A stretch of DNA of 63,829 nt, the filler included, from Octopus bimaculoides (Eukaryota), in NCBI RefSeq assembly GCF_001194135.2. It is 9 parts of 9 records of this genome, joined end to end, with 100 filler letters (N's around TTAATTAATTAA, not from the genome) between each part and the next. Parts side by side here need not be neighbours in the genome. Positions count along the whole stretch, not along the records: positions 1 to 25,257 come from NC_068988.1; 8 more parts are not named here. The stretch is one strand, 5' to 3'. Of the stretch, positions 1 through 12,404 are shown piece after piece (positions within the stretch are counted from its first letter, which is position 1; every line of letters starts with the position of its first letter). Made by a program: the position numbers and the translations under genes. A model generated the notes under the pieces. The model searched no databases. It saw only the letters and a program-made list of their open reading frames with translations, and was not told the origin of the DNA.

Positions 1-1260
1 TATTTGCCAAATAAACACGTGCATTCTCTCTTGAGAATGGACTAGGCAGAGGGTCGCTGAAGAGGTCACAGATGTGTGATGAAAGATTTCCATACAATGA
101 ATATAAGATAAAATAAGGCCAATAATAAACTAGTGAAGAACGAATATGTAGTGCGTATGTTTATTTGGCAAAACAAATGACCAGCCCGAAATATAACTAC
201 ATATATATATAACATATACATAATATGATATATATGTACTTAATTTGTTGATTAACAAAGCAACTAATAGTCTAGTAATATGAACACAAATTTAAACGCT
301 CCATAAACCTTATGAGAACACCTCCTATATTGACAGGGGTTCTAACCAGCCATCGTCAAATAATTAGTTAATAGCATTGATAGTTGTGTTTCCAACCTAT
401 CCTCTGGTGAAGTAACTTATGAATAGACAGCCCCATATTACAGCGCTGCATTAGAAAGGTCAAATTTTAAGAATAACCTACAATGAATATGTAGAAAAGC
501 CAAAATGGCATAGACAGAGGACAATATTATGGTATAATCCTCCATACAGCATGGATATGACTACAATTACAACCAGAAATGTCTGAAACTCATAGATGTT
601 CACTTCCTACCGTCAAAATATATTTAATAGAAATACGGTTAAACTTAGCAATAGTTACCTCCCTATATAGGATTGATAATTCGATGATTTTCAATCACAA
701 TATGAATAATAATATAAGGAATATTTCTCAAAGATCTTGTCGTTGTAAACCCCTCGGTAATCGCCCCCTTAACAATACGTGCCTGGAAAAGAACTAGTGC
801 ACAAGGTCAGCATCACTGAACCACAAAAACTTACGTTGAAGTGACATAAAGCACCTTGAAGAAAAGATACACTCACCACTTGCCTTCGTTTAGAGATATA
901 AAAAAAAGATATACATCTTTATCCAATATGGTATGGACCCTTAAAGAGAGGATTGTTGACAACTTCCATTTAAATTGGATCATCAGAGCTAAGGCCAGCA
1001 AATATAGGAGATGGGGCAACAAATGCGATCTCTGTATCAGAAAAAGTTAGATATCTAACATCAACAATGAACATTTTGAATATTAGGGAACAGACATTCT
1101 CTTCTTGCACAAACAACAATACATACTTTGAAATTTCAAGCATGATCCTTCATTCACCTTGCCACCTATCCAACTAAGGTAAATCTTTGGAAATTTTTAG
1201 CATTACAGACATATACTCCGAGGAACTCATGCTGGAATTCTTAACTACACAGACACGCAT
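1..1260 (+). mobile_element. Degenerate Penelope-like retroelement: pseudo-LTR part, RT C-terminus and GIY-YIG endonuclease
   Basis: Broken frames read ...NSIDSCVSNLSSGEV...APYYSAALERSNF... and the WYNPPYSMDM linker (528-560), then KKRYTHHLPSFR...SLSNMVWTLKE...W...ASKYRRWGNKCDLC (856-1050), typical of a PLE GIY-YIG C-terminus. 15-bp inverted repeat tttgccaaataaaca at 3-17 and 158-172; hammerhead-like core at 57-90. Confidence 0.85.
57..90 (+). ncRNA. Degenerate minimal hammerhead-ribozyme-like motif
   Basis: CTGAAGA-G-GTCACA-gatg-TGTGAT-GAAA-gatttc: catalytic boxes flank a 6-bp helix II; lies in the PLE pseudo-LTR. Confidence 0.55.
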
Positions 1261-1696
1261 AACTTATGTATAGCATNNNNNNNNNNNNNNNNNNNNNNNN
1301 NNNNNNNNNNNNNNNNNNNNNNNNNNNNNNNNNNNNNNNNNNNNNNNNNNNNNNNNNNNNNNNNNNNNNNNNNNNNNNNNNNNNNNNNNNNNNNNNNNNN
1401 NNNNNNNNNNNNNNNNNNNNNNNNNNNNNNNNNNNNNNNNNNNNNNNNNNNNNNNNNNNNNNNNNNNNNNNNNNNNNNNNNNNNNNNNNNNNNNNNNNNN
1501 NNNNNNNNNNNNNNNNNNNNNNNNNNNNNNNNNNNNNNNNNNNNNNNNNNNNNNNNNNNNNNNNNNNNNNNNNNNNNNNNNNNNNNNNNNNNNNNNNNCA
1601 TCAACGTTCTTGCATAAAATAATTAATTATCAATGTAAGCGCAAAAATCCAGGGCAATGCAAGGAAGATAACAGTTAAGAAATTCTTATAAGTTAC

Positions 1697-1801
1697 CTGT
1701 CCTGATTTGTGTATTGATTTTGAAGTACTGCATAGTTCATGTAACCTTGTATATTCTCACCCAAAATACTGACAATTACCATCATTCTTAAGTGAATAGC
1801 C
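1697..1801 (-). CDS. Weak candidate internal exon (105 nt, phase 2-2)
   Basis: acaattttAG|...GACAG|gtaact; open frame AIHLRMMVIVSILGENIQGYMNYAVLQNQYTNQD; protein not recognised. Confidence 0.2.
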
Positions 1802-2318
1802 CTAAAATTGTAGAGGTCTTTTCCGCATGAAATCATTGGTTGCCTTGTTACAAAGAAATACATATCTCTAAATGAGGTGTCAAGCACACATTTTATTCTT
1901 TATTTAAGAGCATTTCAACACTACATGTTACATGCAATTCATGAGTATAAATATTAATATTGGTTTCGTGTATGTGTGTGTGTATGCTTGTGTGTGTGTG
2001 TGTGTGTGTGTGCATCTTTATATTTATGTGGAGAGTTTGGAAATAGAATACGTGTATACATGCCTCTATGTGCTTGTGTGTGTGTGGAAATAGGATTAAT
2101 TTAAACAGAGTTGGTGGGATTGAAACTTGATTGTTACATGGATTAGTCGGTGATACGTGAAATGTTATTTGATATTGTGTCTTTGACGAGATACTTTATT
2201 CTACATCCTAATAATGTTATCTCTCAGAGAAAAGTGAGTGCATAACTACCTTCTGGTTAAGGTTGTTTGCTTTATCCAGTTTAATGGAATGCTGTGTTTG
2301 ATTGACTGTAGTTCATAG

Positions 2319-2409
2319 ATAGTTCAATACTTCTGTTTTCAAATGCTTCAAAGTCTTACGATGGGACATTTTAATGTGCCATATCCTTTCTTAAGAGAAA
2401 TAACAAGAT
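2319..2409 (+). CDS. Weak candidate internal exon
   Basis: Perfect donor AGAT|gtaagt at 2410; frame open from tcatAG| (IVQYFCFQMLQSLTMGHFNVPYPFLREITR); acceptor weak. Confidence 0.25.
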
Positions 2410-3436
2410 GTAAGTGAAGTCAAATTGTTGCAACTGGGAAACGAAACTGGGATATAAACTGATCTTTAATTATTTAAAAATAATAACAGGATCACATTAA
2501 GTTACGGAATCTATAAAAAGAGATAAGAAAATAGTTGTAGAGAATGTGAATATACAATTCGGTTACAATGTTTTGAAACCACGTTAAGAAATAAATGTCT
2601 GTAATTGTTTTACACATATAAGCAAGATAAATAAAACTAGAGACCTACAATGTTACAGATGGATAAATTCAATCTCTTTCTCTTACATGCACGGACGGAC
2701 ATTTACTTATCTATGTGTGAATTTTGTGCGAGAAAGAGGGTGAAACATGCCGTTATAAAAAGATGCAAAGAGCGAAGAGTAGAGAAAAAAAATAGATCAG
2801 AAACGAAGTAAAAAAAATTACGTTGATAATGCCAGAAATTCGATAGTCTTTTTGTGAAAAAGAAATGTCTGTGAAAAGCAATTTTGCTTACACACCGTTT
2901 TCTCTATTTCGATATTGCTTTTTTTTTTTTTTTTGTCCTTGTTTGAATTCCCAACTATTGAAACTGGAACATTTTACTCCAAACTTTGCTGTTTGTGTTG
3001 TTGTCGTTGTTTCAAAAATATTTTTATGGAATCATAAATAAATTGATAGAATATTGAGACTTTGATAACTTTGGATAGTGCTCAGCCGGACTTGCGTGGC
3101 TATACGTTTACGTTTAGATATACAAACAAGTAAAAGGAGAGATTGGGGGATTGTAAAGATGGGGTAGGACAGTAATGTGTAACGTAGTGTAATAACGTAT
3201 TGCTGCTGTATGGTGGTGTGTTTTCAATGGTTCCAGCATTAGCAGATTTCGTGTGAATGATAGTTGTTTCTACCTCAATGATGCAATTCATTCCAATAGA
3301 TCCATTATTCTACATGGTGGCAGTTTGAATTGGCATCGTTTGGGAAATAGGAATATTGCCAAACAGCTGTCGATTCACTAGTGTGATTGATACAACTGCT
3401 GCTATAGTTGTTAATGGTCATGATGAGAATGGGGAG

Positions 3437-3552
3437 AAAGAAGAAGAAGAAGAAGAAGAAGAAGAAGAAGAAGAAGAAGAAGAAGAAGAAGAAGAAGAAG
3501 AAGAAGAAGAAGAAGAAGAAGAAGAAGAAGAAGAAGAAGAAGAAGAAGAAGA
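3437..3552 (+). repeat. (GAA)n microsatellite
   Basis: Perfect gaa run of about 38 units; source of the poly-E and poly-K ORFs. Confidence 0.98.
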
Positions 3553-4020
3553 AATACTTTTACAATTTCTTTCAATTTTCTACTTTCTCTTCGTCTCCAG
3601 GATCTTAGTAAGAAAGGAACTGGAGGAGCAAATATTTATTTACCGTCGTCTCTTTATTTCATCACTCCATATTCTTTTTACATCTACGTGTTCTCATTGC
3701 ATGTCTCTGTGCTCTCTTTACAATATGAATTCCGCTTTCTCTTTATACCATATCTCCATACTCTCTTTACACTATGTCTTCGTGATCTTTTGACGATATG
3801 ACCCTCAAATGTAGAATCGAAATATATGACATAAGGAATATTATGTAACTTAGTATATAGCAAATAAATTCATTAGTTCTATATCAGAATGCGTGTATAT
3901 GTTTATATGATTGTGTATACGTATAATATATATATAAAAGCAAATCAAAAATAAAGACAAAAATATAAGCAAAAGCAGGAAAAACAATAAAAGTCAAAAG
4001 GACATACACTGTGAATGTAT

Positions 4021-4140
4021 TAGACTGACGCTCAGAGAAAGTTAAAGATGAAAAAAAAAAGATGAGCAGGGTGACGTTTCGAGCATGACTCTTCGTCAGA
4101 AAGAGGAAAAAGAAATAACTCCGGAGATAAGGAAAAGAAA
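4021..4140 (-). mobile_element. Penelope-type pseudo-LTR fragment with hammerhead-like core at 4071-4099
   Basis: Minus strand CTGACGA-A-GAGT-cat-GCTC-GAAA-CGTC; the flank (…ctgagcgtc…) matches the copy at 41190-41300. Confidence 0.7.
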
Positions 4141-4689
4141 GTCCAAGAAAAGCACGTGTCGTTACATGTGCGTGTGTGTAACGAATATTAATTTGTACAA
4201 CTAACTTGAATTTGTTATTTTAAACGCCGTAAGCTGCGGTAATCGTCTTGAGTAATCACCTCGTATACACGTTGAGTGCTAAAAAGGACAGGTTCAATCA
4301 GCAGAGGAAATTTCGTCCGTACCAATGAATGAGAGTGTTGTCTCACTTGATTTCAGCTCAATTTGCTCTTTCTTAGAAACTGTCTCATCCACCAGTGCTG
4401 GCGAAATTTCGTCTACAGATATAATCTATGCTTTTAGCACTACGTCTATACAAGATGATTTCTCAGGACGATTACCAGAGCTTACGGAGTTTAAAACAAT
4501 GCAAGCAAGTTGAGTTGGGCGTGAAAATTCATATTTCGTTACGAGAGCTGCTTCTGTCGCTAATAGTTTATACACAGCCAGCCAGCTTTTTTGCAATATT
4601 ACTGACTGCTTAGTCAGTATTAAACTGTATCTGTTCGACGGAATTTCAATCTGGCATTTGGTAGTAGAGTGCCTGCTGCTGAAGGAACG

Positions 4690-5092
4690 CAAACTACGCT
4701 GAAATCACATGATGCAACTGTTCCATTCGTCGAAGTTTGGGAACATAAGCCTGACGAAACTTTAACGAAACTTTAGAAAATAAAGATATAGCCGTTCTTT
4801 GGGATTTTAGTATCCAAACTGCTATACAGGTTAACAGCTCAGATATTGTGGTGAAAAATCACGTTGAAAAAAGATGTTTGCCCAAAGATATGTCAATTCC
4901 AGCAGACGGCAACACTTCCGTAAAATTATTTGAAAAATTAAATAAATATAAGAACCTTGAAAAAGATGCTTCAAAAATGTGGGTTCTAAAAACAACTGTA
5001 CCTGTAACCATCGGTGCATTTGGAACAGTACCAAAAGATGCTCTTAAACACTATGGCTAAATACCAGGAAACTCTGAAGCAACACTAGCGTA

Positions 5093-5093
<1 letters not shown>
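4690..5093 (+). mobile_element. R4/Dong-like LINE 3' fragment (REL endonuclease), degenerate
   Basis: VWEHKPDETL / NKDIAVLWDFSIQT / CLPKDMSIPAD...KLNKYKNLEKDASKMWVLKTTVPVTIGAFG; followed by (TAA)n 5094-5200. Confidence 0.85.
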
Positions 5094-5175
<82 letters not shown>

Positions 5176-5199
5176 CAACAATAATAATAATAATGATAA

Positions 5200-5812
5200 T
5201 TCTTTAATATTTTCCAGTACATACAGACCTACATACATCAAAGCTAATAAACCAGATATTATTGTGAAAGACCAAAACAATAAAATCTGTTTATTGGTTG
5301 ACATGAGCATACCCTGTGATCATATCGCGGCAAAAAAATTTGATAAACTCAGTAAATATAAAGATTTGCTGACTGAAATCGAAGACAAATGTGGCATCTC
5401 AAGACGGTTACGATGCCAGTGATTGTAGGAGAACTTCGAATGATAAAAAAAGGAATCGAAAATTATTTGAAAATGGTCCCTGCTTTATCATCCATGCAAG
5501 TAGTGCAAAATATTGTATTAAATGGTACGTCACACGTATTGAGAAAAGCATTGTCGCTGTGAATTTTCTTTGTTTTTTTTTCTCTTTTGTTTTCTTTGTT
5601 TTCTTTTTCTTTTTTTACCAACTTTTTAAAATTTTTTCTTCTTTCCCTTTTCTTTTTATCTTTCTTCCCCTTTTTCTACCACATGACTTTGTAAATGAAC
5701 AATCTGGCGTGTTTATTTTAATGGCCTACCAATGTATACAGTGGGTTTCTTTGCCCTGAGTATCGAAAACACACTCGTGAAGAAATGGAAACGGAACTGG
5801 AAGAAGGGGATG
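5200..5812 (+). mobile_element. 5'-truncated R4/Dong-like LINE (family 1): REL domain plus 3'UTR
   Basis: IKANKPDIIVKDQNNKICLLVDMSIPCD...KFDKLSKYKDLLTEIE; 3'UTR matches the minus-strand copy at 12405-12630; (TAA)n on both sides. Confidence 0.9.
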
Positions 5813-6743
<931 letters not shown>

Positions 6744-7137
6744 NNNNNNNNNNNNNNNNNNNNNNNNNNNNNNNNNNNNNNNNNNNNNNNNNNNNNNNNN
6801 NNNNNNNNNNNNNNNNNNNNNNNNNNNNNNNNNNNNNNNNNNNNNNNNNNNNNNNNNNNNNNNNNNNNNNNNNNNNNNNNNNNNNNNNNNNNNNNNNNNN
6901 NNNNNNNNNNNNNNNNNNNNNNNNNNNNNNNNNNNNNNNNNNNNNNNNNNNNNNNNNNNNNNNNNNNNNNNNNNNNNNNNNNNNNNNNNNNNNNNNNNNN
7001 NNNNNNNNNNNNNNNNNNNNNNNNNNNNNNNNNNNNNNNNNNNNNNNNNNNNNNNNNNNNNNNNNNNNNNNNNNNNNNNNNNNNNNNNNNNNNNNNNNNN
7101 NNNNNNNNNNNNNNNNNNNNNNNNNNNNNNNNNNNNN

Positions 7138-7454
7138 TGTGTTGAGAGGAATTCTTTGGGATTTTAATAATTCACCTTTGGAAACATAGGTGTTTTGCTC
7201 AACATCCTTACACAAACCTTATTCAGAGACCTTTTGAGCAGGATGGGCTACTCAACCTGAAGAAAATTCTAACTGGGCCCCACCTGCAAGGTCATGTGCT
7301 GTTTATCTTGATATGAGATCACCATGTCGTGTACATATGGTTGTGATGCATGTGCCTGATGTACCCTTATCAGACGGGTAGTCATGATGGGTATATTGGG
7401 CTTTGTATATTTTACCCCAGTGTCACTTTGATGGCATGCACTGCTCTCTCACTC
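7138..7454 (+). mobile_element. Non-coding dispersed repeat ending in (TAA)n (copy 1; 5' end in gap)
   Basis: Near-identical copy at 56411-56719; both end ...gcatgcactgctctctcactc-aataataat. Confidence 0.85.
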
Positions 7455-7474
7455 AATAATAATAATAATAATAA

Positions 7475-7785
7475 CAGCGAAACGGGCTAATTTACTACCT
7501 AGCTCAGATACCAGGAAACCCCAAAATGGCTGAAGTTCAAAAAATAGTGCTCATGGGAACTGCCCATATCCTACGTAAAATACTGTCTATGTGATCTCAA
7601 ATTTTAAAGCAAACACATAATTTTCTTATGGTTTCTTAAACATTCACTTGAACAAAACTGTACAAATCCAAATGTATGGTACCCTAGGCATAACACCTAC
7701 ATGAACTTCTAACTTGTTGTCTCTTGAGGTCTCTGGGTGAGACTTGGATCCAACTTGTACAAATGCAAAACAAAAGTCAAACATA
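7475..7785 (+). mobile_element. Very short 5'-truncated family-2 R4/Dong-like copy
   Basis: YLAQIPGNPKMAEVQKIVLMGTAHILRKILSM* plus a 3'UTR closely matching 6490-6675; (TAA)n at both ends. Confidence 0.9.
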
Positions 7786-7810
7786 AAATAATAATAATAA
7801 TAATAATAAC

Positions 7811-7950
7811 GATGGTGGAGTCGAAGACTAGCAAAATCCTCTAGGATTTCTCAATCCAAACAGATCAGGTACTAGAGCATAACAGACCGGACCTAGTGGT
7901 GGTGAACAAGGTGCACCACATATGCTATATAGTTGATGTTGCATGCCCCT
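7811..7950 (+). mobile_element. R4-like REL endonuclease fragment (third lineage)
   Basis: MVESKTSKIL*DFSIQTDQVLEHNRPDLVVVNKVHHICYIVDVACP, starting directly after (TAA)n 7787-7809. Confidence 0.8.
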
Positions 7951-8899
7951 AAAATGTAGTTAAGAAACAACATCTCAAAGTTTTACTAAAACTATAGTAA
8001 TCTATCTGTAAAACATCACATCGTATTTACGATAAAGGAACGTCAAATCGTAGTTAAAATATAAAAATCTATAAACATCTCAAAGTTTTAGCAAACACAG
8101 ACAATTCTCTAAAAATATCTCAAATCCTTGAGTCTCACACAGTGATATTTCATAGTTTGAAGTTATAGAAAAGGCTTACACATTTTGGGGGAGCCCATTA
8201 AATAGCCATCCTTACAGCAGCACTGAAGACCGAGTGGGAGAGGAGTGGGAGGGAGAGGAGGGAGAGGGAGAGAGGGGCGAAGAGGAAGCAGGTAAACACA
8301 CCGAAATTCCAGCGTGGGGACAAATTTATGTATAGAAATCTAAACTTTTTAGGGGACTTAACTCCGGAGCAATATTTGGATGAAGATACAGGACCAACTG
8401 AGGCTCACCTGTCTCCTAGTGAGAATCATGATCATCATCCCCAACACACTGAAATGCGAAGGGAACAGGCCCAACTTATGGATAATAAGAGCTCTGCAGT
8501 CTTTGTTGACAATCTTACTAGAGATGGTGCTTCGATAAAAATACCGGTTAGTGGCTAACCTTAAAACACAAGCCTCATTGTTGAGTGAAAATATTAAATA
8601 CAAAGGTATCAAATAATGGTGTTAATAAGGTGAAAGCCTTTCGCCAAGCAGGTGCCCTGTAGTTGAGCAGCGCAGGCCCGGTCGTCATCCAGAAACTGCT
8701 TGCACACAAAGCCAGAGGCAGAGAAGAAGGTAGGATAAGAAGGCAAACCAAATGGTAATTGAATGCTGGATCAAGAGTGAACCCAGCAGAAGGGGATTCT
8801 GACAACGAATGAAAGTAGAATGGAATGAAATAGAATACTTCGAAAAAAGTGAGCAATGGTTAGCCGACTAGGCAAGAGCAATAAGAGCAAAAGGGTGGC

Positions 8900-10572
8900 T
8901 AACAGGCATGGAAATAGATAGAAGAGATAAAAAAAGGAAAGCAGAAAATAGAAGCAATACTTCACCAGCAGATAACGTGCCCAGTGAGAACAGAGAAATA
9001 AATGGCGGCAGTGAAGACGTAGAGCAAAGAGTAAATGTAAATTCATTGTCAGCAAATGATACAGAAGTACTAGGAAGAGTTATATCACAAGAATACGATG
9101 ATGACCAACTAGACATAGTGAGGATGCTATGCCGATATGTTGGAGAAGACCGGAATCAAACACCCTCGCCATCTGAGGTACATTGATCGACATAAGTTCA
9201 AAGTTGAAACCCAAAAGATAGATTTTGTCCTTGAGCTATTCCAGACGAGAAATATAACTGAAACTAACAAGATCATTTGGGCTGCAGCTATGGTTGCTAC
9301 AGATAGAGTTGGATACAAGTGAAAAGAACAAATAGAACGTAAAGAACCATACTGGCGTAGGTGAATTTGTGAGAAACAAAGTTAAAAAGACATTTAGGAC
9401 AAGCTGATAGATTGAGAAGAGCGGAATTTCAGAATGAAAGCATAAGAATAATGTTGGAAAGAACATATAAAATAAGAGATAAAGGGTATGATGTGATATT
9501 GGAAGAATTACAACAAAGAGTAGAAGCAATCAAAGCAAAACTAGAAAGATATGACAATAGAACAAAACAATTCAGGCAAAACAGATTGTTTGAAGCAAAT
9601 CAAAAGAAACTGTTTCAGGAACTAGATGGGCAATTACACATAAAAATGATATCAAATGCAAACTGAAGCAGGGCATTCTGTAGAGCATAATGATGAAGTG
9701 GAGTGGCTGCATGAAATTCAAGATAGTTAAAAAGTATAGAAGGCCAAGAAGATATAAAAATAACTACAGAAATGATAGAAAATCAGTTAAGTAAATTCCC
9801 AAATTGGAAAAGACCAGGACCGGATGAGATCCAAGGTTATTGGATGAAGAAGCTGAGAGGGCTTCATGAAAAGATAAGGCAACAGTTAGATGAGTGCTTG
9901 CAGGAAGGCACAGTACCTAGCTGGATGGCAAAGGGAAAGATATTGTTATGTGCCAAGGATCCTGAAAAGAGAAATGTTGCATCCAACACTGTGCCTTCCG
10001 CTAATGTAGAAACTAATGTTAGGTGAACTGTATAAATACTTGGAAAAAGTATTTATACAGCTCCTACTGAACAGCTAGGGTGCCGAAGGAGGAGCCGGGG
10101 AACGGTGGATCAGCTCTTAATTGATAATCTATTTATCAGAAACTGCAAGAGAAAACACACAAACCTAAGCGTGGCATGGGTTGAGTATCGTACAGCAAAC
10201 GATATGATGCCACACTCCTGGATAAGAAGAATGGAAATGTATGGAGTAGCAGAAAATATGAGACGCCTTATATGGAATAGCATGAAGTACTGGAGAACGA
10301 AATTGGCAGCAGGGAATCAAGTATTAGGAGAGTTATCTTCCCCACTGATCTTTGTTCTGGGAATGATCCCCTTGAGTGAAATACAACAGAAAACGAAGTT
10401 GGGATATGATATGATCTAGGAAGAGGTAAGGGAAACTGAACCACTTGCTATTCATGGACAACTTGAAGCTATTAACAAAAACTGAGGCAGAACTGGACAG
10501 TCTCGTCGAGTCTCTGCGGATCTTCTCCAATGATATTAAGATGGAGTTTGCTGATGAGACGAGGAAAGCTTG
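8900..10572 (+). mobile_element. Degenerate R4/Dong-like LINE, N-terminal region to RT; 3'-truncated
   Basis: TRNITETNKIIWAAA; EELQQRV...KLERYDNRTKQFRQNRLFE; WKRPGPDEIQGYWMKK; [19 protein letters not shown]; [17 protein letters not shown]; HLLFMDNLKLL; multiple stops and frameshifts. The 5' limit is uncertain (may extend to about 8200). Confidence 0.85.
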
Positions 10573-10574
10573 TC

Positions 10575-11580
10575 AGGACTTTTCAGCGTCCTGTATTTTT
10601 GTTGACTTTCTCTTTTCGGTCTAACACAGAAATTTCCTTCGAGAGCATATCTAACCCTGCCTGGATTCTTCTTTTCCACCATGGATCTTTTCTATTGTCA
10701 CTCCCATTATGTTTCTTTTTCTTGACATCAACACCCACGTTTTCTGCTACAACAATACTTTCTTCTTTGATCAAATTATTTGTTTCTGTGATGTTGTTTG
10801 TTCTGATGCATTTCAGAATTTTATTGACATTTCTTGTTTCTTGGTTCAATTTCCACCGATCAACCATTTTAAGGCTGCAAATAATGTTGCTATCGTTCTC
10901 TTGTTGTCTTACCTTTATTCTGTCGTAGATTGCCTTTTGTTCATCTGTCATGTTGCCATTAGTTTTGTTGTCTTCTTTTAGATCATCTATATGTCTCTCA
11001 TCAAGTAAACTACCACTGCTCCTTTCCTGTGCTATGACATTACTTCTGTTAGTAAGAACTGCATTTTCATCGTTATCTCTGCTGCTATTTTCCAAGACCC
11101 GTCTTTTGGTAGCTTCGAGCTCTACTTCTGTGAACCAACGATTTTTTCTTGGTACTCTAGCTTCATCACATAGTCTTTGTCCCGTGAGTTGAAACAATCC
11201 CTTTTCCCTCCAATGATCACACATACGTTGTTCGTAACCCCTAATTTGAGCACCATTTTCATCTACCGGGTTGCTCAGATAGTAATACTCCATGACCACA
11301 GCATTAATTTGCTTGCTCCATCTACGCCCTGTGTGGAGGTTCCTTTCTGGATATCGACAGGCTGGAGCCGGACCAGAATTTTTGAGCCTAACGGGTGTAA
11401 CACTGTCGCCATCAATGGCTTCAGTTTCATTACCACCGTTATTCACAATATTTTGTTTTTTCATTATCACTCATATGTTGTAGCGATTATCAGGTTGCGC
11501 AATTACCAGTGTTTTTATTGTGACACCATCACTAGATGTATCATTAATCAGGACATGGAGAGACTCCATCCGCTTCCTTT
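10575..11580 (-). mobile_element. 5' end (UTR plus 295-aa N-terminal ORF) of an R4/Dong-like LINE, 3'-truncated
   Basis: ORF 10583-11470: RRWSKQINAVVMEYYYLSNP...GYEQRM...QRLCDEAR...KNRWFTEVELE; IRTNNITETNNLI; DPWWKRRIQ. Homologous to the 9137-9360 peptides. The 5' end abuts an (ATT)n tract at 11581-11605. Confidence 0.88.
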
Positions 11581-12353
11581 CATTATTATCATTATTATTA
11601 TTATCATCTCTGATATCACTGATATTATTGTTTTTATTTTTTTATTATTTGTCATTGTTATATTAACAGACTCAGAGGTTACACAGGTGGGGGCAGTGGT
11701 AGTAGTGGTAGTTTGACCTCAGATTCCTGTGCTATCAGAATAGCAGTAGTTGTAGTATTAGCAGCTCCAGCATATTATCATTATTTTTATCACCATCACC
11801 ATCACCACCACTACTATTGTTATTACCATTATTACTATTTCCATTTATTATTAAAAAATTTTACTAGAAGTTCTTTATTTTCAACTTTTGTCCTCTACTT
11901 GAGATAATCATAAATATGTGGTTGTTGGAGGAAACAGTTGGGGAAGACTAGCAGCTTGGTGAATAGATCAAGTTCTACAGGTCTATAGTGGAGAGGTCAG
12001 CCATAGAGACAAACGAATCTTCGCACCCTTTAGGTCAGCAGAGGTCAAATGTGTTTACTACTACCAGCGACCACTGAGAGCGCTGCCCTTGGCCTTGAAA
12101 AGAAGCAATTCAACCTGTTGTATTTGTAACTACTGGTAGAAAAAACAATATATCAGTATATATATNNNNNNNNNNNNNNNNNNNNNNNNNNNNNNNNNNN
12201 NNNNNNNNNNNNNNNNNNNNNNNNNNNNNNNNNNNNNNNNNNNNNNNNNNNNTATATATACTGATGTTCGCGTCATTGAATTTTTGAATTTCTGAATTCA
12301 ATCAATTGTGTTGTTGAAATAAAAAGTATGTTTACATATTTAGGTAGTCAGAG

Positions 12354-12403
<50 letters not shown>

Positions 12404-12404
12404 A

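Noticed and set aside
3356-3830. Poly-E ORF; RKELEEQIFIYR and a tgacga…cgaaa string suggesting a Penelope 3' end
   Set aside because: The ORF is driven by (GAA)n; the PLE resemblance is too short and degenerate to support.
4751-4775. CTGACGA…CGAAAC hammerhead-like string
   Set aside because: No helix II; lies in the LINE coding frame HKPDETL.
10551-10577. CTGATGAGACGAGGAAAGCTTGTC hammerhead-like string
   Set aside because: No helix II; it is the RT coding segment MRRGKLV.
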